This document shows positions 8,682 to 16,000 of a DNA stretch of 25,189 nucleotides, one piece after another. Source of the DNA: Promethearchaeota archaeon (GTDB lineage: Archaea > Asgardarchaeota > Thorarchaeia > Thorarchaeales > Thorarchaeaceae); contig JBHLPF010000040.1 of NCBI GenBank assembly GCA_048939765.1, positions 1 to 25,189 on the forward strand. The letters are read 5' to 3'. The notes beneath the pieces are model-generated. The model had not been told where the DNA came from, made no database searches, and was given only the letters and a program-made list of their open reading frames with translations. Positions within the stretch are counted from its first letter, which is position 1. Every line of letters begins with the position of its first letter. Both the position numbers and the translations under genes were made by a program.

Positions 8682-9590
8682 CTAATCCTTGATGACCTCT
8701 TGGATCATCTCATTCAATAAACGGCTTCTTGGGCCTCCGAATCCATCATGATAGGACGCAACTATCACCTTTACTTGATCGACAAAGTCCTGCTGACGTA
8801 TCTCTCTCGCCTTTGAGTTCATCTCGTTCAAGTCCTCAGCTGTGAAGAGACAGAAGATAGCTGGCTCTGACACGGAAACGTACCATTCCCAAAGCGAGTC
8901 TGGATACCTACTCATGAGCCATTCAATGACGCCAGTGTAATCCGCATTCCGCTCATTCCAGACGACTCTTGCCAGAAAGGGTATGCTACCGGCCTCTCCC
9001 AGCTCGAGATTAGCAGTGAATATGATGCTCTCGCTTTCAACAAGCTCGGTGACAAGTCTCCTCACGCGTCTTGCAGTCATGCCTGATTTTCGAGCAAGAT
9101 CGACAATACTCATCCTAGGATTATCTCGAAGATAGTATAGAACCTTGAGATGGTTTGTGGTCAGCTCGAACTTTGTGCCTCTCTTTGCCACCAGCGTATG
9201 AAGCTCGACATCACTAACTCCCTCAAGAGTTCTCAAATGCGAACCCAACTCCATCAACTCAATGGTGTTGACATACTCTGCAAGGAGAGCATAGTGGCCA
9301 TCACTGTATGCGGCGGCTGCGACTATTGACGGACTCTCGCCTATTCTATTTACAAAAGCCTCCTCATCCTGGGAGCCATCAGTCTGAAGCAAACCGAAGA
9401 GAAGCTGGGCATCTAGCATTGCAAGGGACAGCCGGATGATATACCCATGAATGACTCCGGACTCCTCCAGCTTTTGGACTCTTTTCTTGACTGCATTAGC
9501 TGAGATCCCGTGCTTTCGAGAGAGTTCCTCATAGGTGATTCTGCAGTTGTCCAGCAAATCACCCAGAATGCCCTTGTCTATGAGGTCCAA
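8682..9590 (-). CDS. Tandem-duplicated Lrp/AsnC-family transcriptional regulator
   Basis: LDLIDKGILGDLLDNCRITYEELSRKHGISANAVKKRVQKLEESGVI, plus a second HTH LKVLYYLRDNPRMSIVDLARKSGMTARRVRR. SD GGTGA before TTG 9590; ORF track starts at 9638. Confidence 0.88.
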   Translation of the reverse strand: MDLIDKGILGDLLDNCRITYEELSRKHGISANAVKKRVQKLEESGVIHGYIIRLSLAMLDAQLLFGLLQTDGSQDEEAFVNRIGESPSIVAAAAYSDGHYALLAEYVNTIELMELGSHLRTLEGVSDVELHTLVAKRGTKFELTTNHLKVLYYLRDNPRMSIVDLARKSGMTARRVRRLVTELVESESIIFTANLELGEAGSIPFLARVVWNERNADYTGVIEWLMSRYPDSLWEWYVSVSEPAIFCLFTAEDLNEMNSKAREIRQQDFVDQVKVIVASYHDGFGGPRSRLLNEMIQEVIKD

Positions 9591-9731
9591 GATATTCACC
9601 GAAAGGAAATGCGATGCCTCTCGACTACATAGGCCCACAAAAAGAGTTGTCTCTCAGCATATGTATTACTCTAGGATTTTCGCTAATTGTTGAGAACGTT
9701 GATTAGGCGGTTGGCTTTGGATTCGCATGTA

Positions 9732-10472
9732 ATGAAAACTCTTGATATGGTCAAAGGAATCATTTTCGATCTTGATGACACACTCTATCGTTCTGACATA
9801 TGGGTGTCCAATCTGACACGCAAATGGCTCAAAGAGCTTGGTCTCGATAGAATTGCATCTTGTTCGAACGAAAAACTGGAACAGGCGTTTGTAATTGCGA
9901 GAACTTGGATGAATGAATACATGATTTCGGAGGGAGTCCATTCAAAATGGTATCCATCCCATGAGCTATGGGTGGAGTACGGAAAGAGAATGCTGAGTTC
10001 CCTTGGAGTGTCCACTGAACTCGATAGGTTAGCCAATGAAATAACTGAGAAATGGGAGGCGACAGTGGTACCGTGGCAATCCAGTCTCATTCCAGGATGT
10101 AAGGAAGTCTTGGAGGAACTTCATTCAAGAGGATACAAGTTGGGTCTAGCATCAAATCGCTGGGAGGATCCTTCGGGGATTCTAAAGCGGGATTCCATCT
10201 TTGACCTCTTTGAAGCTGTGGAACACTCAATGGTTCCAGGCTATAAGAAGCCATCACCCTATATGCTTCTAAAGATATCAAGACACATGGGCATAAATCC
10301 AATGAGGTGTGCATTCATTGGAGACTTCGTGGAACTGGATGTTGAAGCTGCACTCAGGGCGCAGATGACTCCAATTTTGATTACCTGGGAGAGAGAAGGG
10401 AAGGCAGAGAAAGCGCCTCCAGAACTACTGACTATTAATCACATCGAAACCCTTCTCGAGATTTTCAAATAG
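9732..10472 (+). CDS. HAD-superfamily hydrolase (subfamily IA)
   Basis: Motif I IIFDLDDTL, motif II LASN, motif III KKP, motif IV FIGDFVELDV. Start is ATG 9732 or 9747. Confidence 0.9.
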   Translation: MKTLDMVKGIIFDLDDTLYRSDIWVSNLTRKWLKELGLDRIASCSNEKLEQAFVIARTWMNEYMISEGVHSKWYPSHELWVEYGKRMLSSLGVSTELDRLANEITEKWEATVVPWQSSLIPGCKEVLEELHSRGYKLGLASNRWEDPSGILKRDSIFDLFEAVEHSMVPGYKKPSPYMLLKISRHMGINPMRCAFIGDFVELDVEAALRAQMTPILITWEREGKAEKAPPELLTINHIETLLEIFK

Positions 10473-10605
10473 GATGGTTGTATTGATGACCAACAATGAA
10501 TGGACCTCACAGAAGTGGCTTGCAGGCGCAAGAGATCTGATTGGTTGGTCACACTCGGTCAAAGATAACATTCGAGTTAGCTGACTGAGAAGAGAAAATG
10601 CGTAG

Positions 10606-10629
10606 ATATTCCTCCTTTTTTAGGAATAT
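10606..10629. terminator. Hairpin ATATTCCT / AGGAATAT with a T-rich loop
   Basis: 8-bp inverted repeat in the intergenic region. Confidence 0.35.
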
Positions 10630-10644
10630 GCCAATGATATTTGC

Positions 10645-10790
10645 GTGACCGTCCACGGTTCGAAGACGGTCCTGGTAACGAAAAGGCGCATTATTATCAC
10701 CATTCCGAAATCTTCCTCCTTCTGATTCCGGGTGAAAGGATTCCCCTTTCGAACCGTGGATTGAGTCACCCTTTCTATGACACGGCTCCT
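10645..10790 (-). ncRNA. Candidate structured RNA or inverted-repeat element, unassigned
   Basis: Perfect 13-bp inverted repeat TCCACGGTTCGAA (10652-10664) / TTCGAACCGTGGA (10748-10760), extended by GTGAC/GTCAC. Internal hairpins are present and G-U pairs favour the minus strand. Confidence 0.4.
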
Positions 10791-10878
10791 TTTGATGTTG
10801 TTGTTTTGTCCGCTTATTGATTGCCACACCCAAGATATGATTAAGGGAGATTCAAACCCCTGGTCCCAGTGAAATAAG

Positions 10879-11328
10879 GTGGAAGCACTCGAAGAGGCCA
10901 AGTCTTGGCTATGGATTCCAAAGTACTGGATTGCTGTATATGCATCTCTCTTGATTGTTACAATACTTATAGGAGAATCCTACTACTGGTCCGTTTACCT
11001 CATCGGAGTTCCACTGGCCATAATCCCAATAACCTACCGGAATCTAGTTGGTGGCGGATGCAGCCTCAGATTCCAAATGTGCGCGCTAGTCAAGGGTATG
11101 TCAGCAGGAATCATCTTTATGATTCTCACATCAGCGGTGGACATGCTTGTTTGGAGCAGCCTTGGAGTGCGTCTTGGCTGGAGCCCCTTGACAGACATGA
11201 CTTACATATCTATAATCTATCAGGTCTGGTTTCTGAGTGGTGTTGTCGGAGGATTTGGAGCCAGAATTGTAGAAGTAAGAAGCTATTCAGATTCCGAGAG
11301 TTCATTCACAATTGCAGGCTTCGAATAG
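10879..11328 (+). CDS. Hypothetical 4-TM membrane protein
   Basis: Four hydrophobic segments; loop GGGCSLRFQMC with two Cys. Confidence 0.75.
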   Translation: MEALEEAKSWLWIPKYWIAVYASLLIVTILIGESYYWSVYLIGVPLAIIPITYRNLVGGGCSLRFQMCALVKGMSAGIIFMILTSAVDMLVWSSLGVRLGWSPLTDMTYISIIYQVWFLSGVVGGFGARIVEVRSYSDSESSFTIAGFE

Positions 11329-11433
11329 AGGATGATGTATAGCTGAGATATGTATACTGGCGGACGTTGAAAGCCTACATATCTATTTATAGCCGTGATG
11401 CAAATGATGAGTATCCATATGGAGTTGTAACTC

Positions 11434-11652
11434 ATGGGTAAAGGAATGGCACTTCTTGGACTAATCCTGATAATCATCGGGCTTCTACCAATAATCTTTG
11501 AACTAGTTGGGTTCAGTTATCCAATGATTACTGACCTATTCTATATGCTCGGTCTCTACGAGATTGAGCTTGTAGGATATGTTTTCACAGACATTATGTT
11601 GATCCTGATAGTATTAGGCGTCCTAATCCTAATCATTGGCGCTACAAGGTAG
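11434..11652 (+). CDS. Hypothetical 72-aa 2-TM membrane protein
   Basis: GGAG SD, two strongly hydrophobic helices, followed by a hairpin. Confidence 0.8.
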   Translation: MGKGMALLGLILIIIGLLPIIFELVGFSYPMITDLFYMLGLYEIELVGYVFTDIMLILIVLGVLILIIGATR

Positions 11653-11678
11653 AACCGATATTTCAAGGTCAAAGCAGA

Positions 11679-11709
11679 CCCGTTTACGACTAGATTTGCC
11701 GTAAACGGG
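11679..11709 (+). terminator. 10-bp hairpin CCCGTTTACG / CGTAAACGGG
   Basis: Perfect inverted repeat about 26 nt after the stop of 11434..11652. Confidence 0.5.
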
Positions 11710-11823
11710 CGCTATAGGCCATATGGATAGAGGGTTTTATCGTCAGCCATTTTCTCACTTTACATTCTTTCATAGGCTGATTCATATACAGTAGTAGCGG
11801 CATGACTCAGAGGGGGTCATCCC

Positions 11824-13008
11824 TTGAGGCAATTGTCCTTGGAACAGATCCGTCTGAATCAATTGAGAAAACAGCATGCCTTTGACAGGCAACGTCCGGA
11901 TTTCTATGAGATTGCTAGAACACAGTTGGGCCTCCACTCAACAGACTATTGGACCCCGTATCTCTCTGTCTGGGCAAGAGTTGGAGATTATGATGCGGAG
12001 GGCATATTCAAGTCTTTGAATACTGGTGACCGTCTGTTAAGGCTCAATGCTTTCAGAACAACAGTCCACGTTGTACACACTGACAATCTCTCCCTAGTGA
12101 TCCTTGCCACCAAGTCTGCATTCTACAAGAAGATGCGGCAGCATCCAGACATCAAACAGCTTAGTGACGATGAGATTGAGGCATTGATGGAAGTCGTCCT
12201 TGCTACTTTGAAAGACGGGCCAAAGACAATGCGCGAGATCAAGAAATCAGTACCTCAATATGCAAGACAGATACGCCCTCTCTTTCATCTAGCCGCGACA
12301 TCTGGCAGAGTTGTTCGAGCAACCGCCAGCCATGCACGGAGTTCCACAACAGCCTACGCCCTTCTGGAGAAATGGGTCAAAGGATTCACACTGGGGGATC
12401 TGTCTGAAGACGAGGCAGTCAACCAGATGACACATAGATACATCGACAGATTTGGCCCGGTGTCAGTTGATGACATTTCATGGTGGCTCTCAATCACAAA
12501 AGCAAGATCTAGGACAGCAGTTGAAGCATTAGAGGATGATGTTGTGGAGGTAGATGTGGGAGGAGCAAAGAAGATGATGACCCCAAAGGACCTCGAGTTA
12601 GCTGCCTCGCTTGAAGCCCCACCAGAGCCAGTCATATGGCTACTTCCGTACGAGGACCATCTGCCCAAAGCGTCCATTGACCGTTCTTGGTATCTGGGTG
12701 AGGAAATGAAGTCTTACGTCTTTCCAAAGCTGAGAGAGCATTATTGGCCTCCTGAGTGTCTTCCTCCGCCTTCCGATGTGAAGGTGACTGGGGCTACAAA
12801 TGCGTCAGGCGAAATCCGACCAACTATATGGGTCAATGGCGAGGTCGTGGGCCGCTGGGAGTTTGAAAGCAAGGAAAGAAATTACGTCGTCAGCTACAAA
12901 ATTTGGGAAAAAGTCCATGCTAAGTATGATAATATAATTTCGGAACGAGCGAGAGAGTTGGAAGACTTTGTGAATGCACGGTTGGTCCCGATATCAAGAG
13001 CGAAGTAA
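11824..13008 (+). CDS. AlkZ/YcaQ (HTH_42) family winged-helix DNA glycosylase
   Basis: GLHSTD..TPYLSVWARV, AFRTTVHVV, RYIDRFGPVSVDDISWW, LLPYEDH and PTIWVNGEVVGRWE match the family layout. Confidence 0.85.
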   Translation: MRQLSLEQIRLNQLRKQHAFDRQRPDFYEIARTQLGLHSTDYWTPYLSVWARVGDYDAEGIFKSLNTGDRLLRLNAFRTTVHVVHTDNLSLVILATKSAFYKKMRQHPDIKQLSDDEIEALMEVVLATLKDGPKTMREIKKSVPQYARQIRPLFHLAATSGRVVRATASHARSSTTAYALLEKWVKGFTLGDLSEDEAVNQMTHRYIDRFGPVSVDDISWWLSITKARSRTAVEALEDDVVEVDVGGAKKMMTPKDLELAASLEAPPEPVIWLLPYEDHLPKASIDRSWYLGEEMKSYVFPKLREHYWPPECLPPPSDVKVTGATNASGEIRPTIWVNGEVVGRWEFESKERNYVVSYKIWEKVHAKYDNIISERARELEDFVNARLVPISRAK

Positions 13009-13067
13009 TCGCGGCCGTGTGCAAAGTCAAAGGTTAGCACGCTAATCTCCACTCTCTCGAGGCGAAC

Positions 13068-16000
13068 GTGATGAGGAAAGGCAAGCACGCAGTCATCGGA
13101 CTTCTTGTGATATTATTGATAGGCCTACTTGGGACTGCGAATAAAGGCATAATGTCAAAGGCAGGAAGTGATTCTCTGTTCGTTTCACCGTCAAATGATG
13201 CTCAACAAGGCCCCGCTAGAACGGACCAGTCAGAGAGCCTGGAACGAAGCGGTGCGTTCACGATTTCAGCGGCTCCCAATGAAGGAGTGCTTGATCCTAT
13301 TAGAATTAGGCAATCAGGGTATCAAACCACTGACGGAAAGAGAGGGAGAACTGATACCGGTTCAAATACACAAATTGATATCGCTATTGATGACGCAAAT
13401 GGCTGGTTTATGAATTCAACTAGCATCGATGTCTGGAACCTCCAAAGGCTATATGGAATCAATGGTACTTTCGATGCTGGAACCGATCCGTGGACTAATT
13501 ATACTCTGGGTGGTGGCGGCTCATCCACACAGCTCGTTTCCTACAATTCTACTGGAAAATACATTGAATGTAAAGACGTAGCGGAGTGGGGCAATCATCC
13601 TCCCTATGGCCAGACCTATAAGCATTTTTCCGGGGAGATTGGATTTAGTCAGGTGATTTACAATGTACCATCTGTCGTTGATTTCAGGCTGGAATTCGAT
13701 TATCGTTATGCTACGGGACCCCTTGACCCACAAGACAATGATTCATTGAATGCTATTGGAGTCTTTTGGCAATTGGAGAAGGCTAGTGAATCATACTATG
13801 ATGGATGGTATTTTCCAATGCAATTGCTGGAATCACACGACGGATGGTATCATATATCACATGACTTCTCAGCAATTGATCCAGGGTGGAGTGATTTCGC
13901 GATTTCTCTGGGATTGTATTTTCCTGCGAATGTCATAGTTGACAATGACACGGATTATGACGATGACCCGCTTAGAGAATACGATGGCATGGAAAACATG
14001 CAAAATGTCACAGTGCAACTAGATAACATTGTATTCACAAGCATTGCAGCTCCTACTCCAGAGGAGGTCGAACTCACATTCCATGCCGGTTCATTCTCTT
14101 CTCCGATTTCAAATGGAGGAACAGCATCGATTTCTAATCCTAGCTTCTGGACTACAAATCCCTTGCAGGTGGAGGTGACCTCGAATACCAGCGTCATCTT
14201 TTCCTACACCGTCACTTCACTCTTTCACAGATATATCAACTCATCATGGACCACTGACCTATCAGAGGAAGGTGTTCAATATTCAGTAACAGCAGGGCAG
14301 AGTTCAGATTTATCGCTCTTCACATATATGACAGGGTCAACGGAGTATGACGGAGCCACAGTAGACTTGTTATATCCTACTGATTGGGAGAACGTGACCA
14401 TCCTGGATCCACTAACCAATGATATCACGAGTCTGTGTAGTGTTTCACCTGGACGTATCCATATACCAACCAGCGAAACCGATAGAAGTGGATGGTGGGA
14501 GATCAATCTTCAGGCTCCCAACTATGCTCAGAATGTATCGATTCAAGTTCAAGACGGAAGCACAGGACAATGGTCTGAGAGTTCTCTGTTTAAGCCAGGA
14601 AACAGCACTAGGGCCCAGGTTGAGATTGGCACGGCTGCAGGAAAGCCCACAGATGGAAGTCCTGTCAATATTACATGGATGCTCCCTAACTCAACTGAAT
14701 GGGCATATGATTCAATCAGCACCATGGTCAATGGGATTGTCAACAGCTCTCATTGGATATTGGAAGGGGCAAATACCTCAGCGGGCCAGTGGGAAGTCAC
14801 TGCAATATGGTCTAACGGCACAGAGATTGCCTATGATTACGCCGTCTTCGATATGTATCACACTGCAAGCCTTACTCCTCGGGAACTCTTGGTGGACACC
14901 GATACAGGCCTGCTAATCACAAATATGCTCTATTATGTGGATAGTGATACATCCGATTTCATTCTTGATGCATCCGCATTAGTGGTCGCAAACTGGTCAG
15001 CCATAGTCATAAGCTTCCTAGCCAATCCAGTGTACAACTGGTGGCAGGCAGACTTCGACACGAATATAGTTGGTGCTGGTCGGTTTGTTGTAGTCGTAAA
15101 TGCCTCAAGACCATACTACGATGATGTGACTTGTCAATTCACAATAGTATCAACGCTTCGTACCAATTTCCAATTGACCTCGGTTGGACCACTGCCCACT
15201 GAAGTGGGTCTCCATGAGGAATTCTCGGTACAGATGCACTACGAACTAGAGTCTAGTGTGGGAGTCGATGGAGCCACCATCCAGATGAACTATACTGGTC
15301 CTCAGAGTGGCCTCCAACTGCTAGGTCAAAGCAATACAGGTTCAGGCGATTATTCGATTAATATTACAAGCTCGAAGTCGGGAACGTACACTGTGACCAT
15401 TACAGCATCCAAAGCATTTCACTACAGCAATTCTGACTCTTTCACTCTTATAGTTGGAGCAGTTGGCACTTACTTGACTTCTGCGAATGGCACTTCCGAT
15501 GTGACCCAGCTTGGAGTGCCATATAGACTGGTAGTTCAGTATCGGAATATTACTGGTTTTGGCCTTCCTGGAGCAAATGTGACGGTGATAGATATTAATC
15601 CCTCTCTAGGCTTGACTGCGGGTATCTCTGTCGACGAAGAGAATGGTTACTACTCGATTGTTCTCACTTCATCAATTTCGAAGACGTATACCTTATTCAT
15701 CAATGCAAACATGACAGACCATGTCACCCAGATTGCAGCATTCACAATAACTGTGAATGAGATTCCCACTGTACTTACGGCAGACAGTTCGGGGACTACT
15801 TTGTCTGTGGGTGACAGTCAATCGATAGAGCTGTCATTCAGAGACGAGAGCTCTACAGGCATAGTTAATGCATCCGTCAGTGTGTTGATTCCACCTGCAG
15901 GGCTATCCTTCGAGATTTCAGAACTGTCCGGCGGCCTCTACAATGTGAATATCACTGCTCTTGCACCAGGGACCTATCAGATGGCCTTCAGGGCCAGCAA

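Noticed and set aside
10690-10740. CCATTCCGAA resembling 5S rRNA loop C
   Set aside because: The flanking 5S helices and conserved motifs are absent.
10652-10868. GGTTCGAA and GATTCAAACCCC T-loop-like sequences suggesting tRNA
   Set aside because: No matching T-stem, acceptor stem, D-arm or anticodon arm could be built.
10549-10901. Minus-strand ORFs of 94 and 93 aa
   Set aside because: No recognisable motifs or SD. They overlap each other and the structured element.
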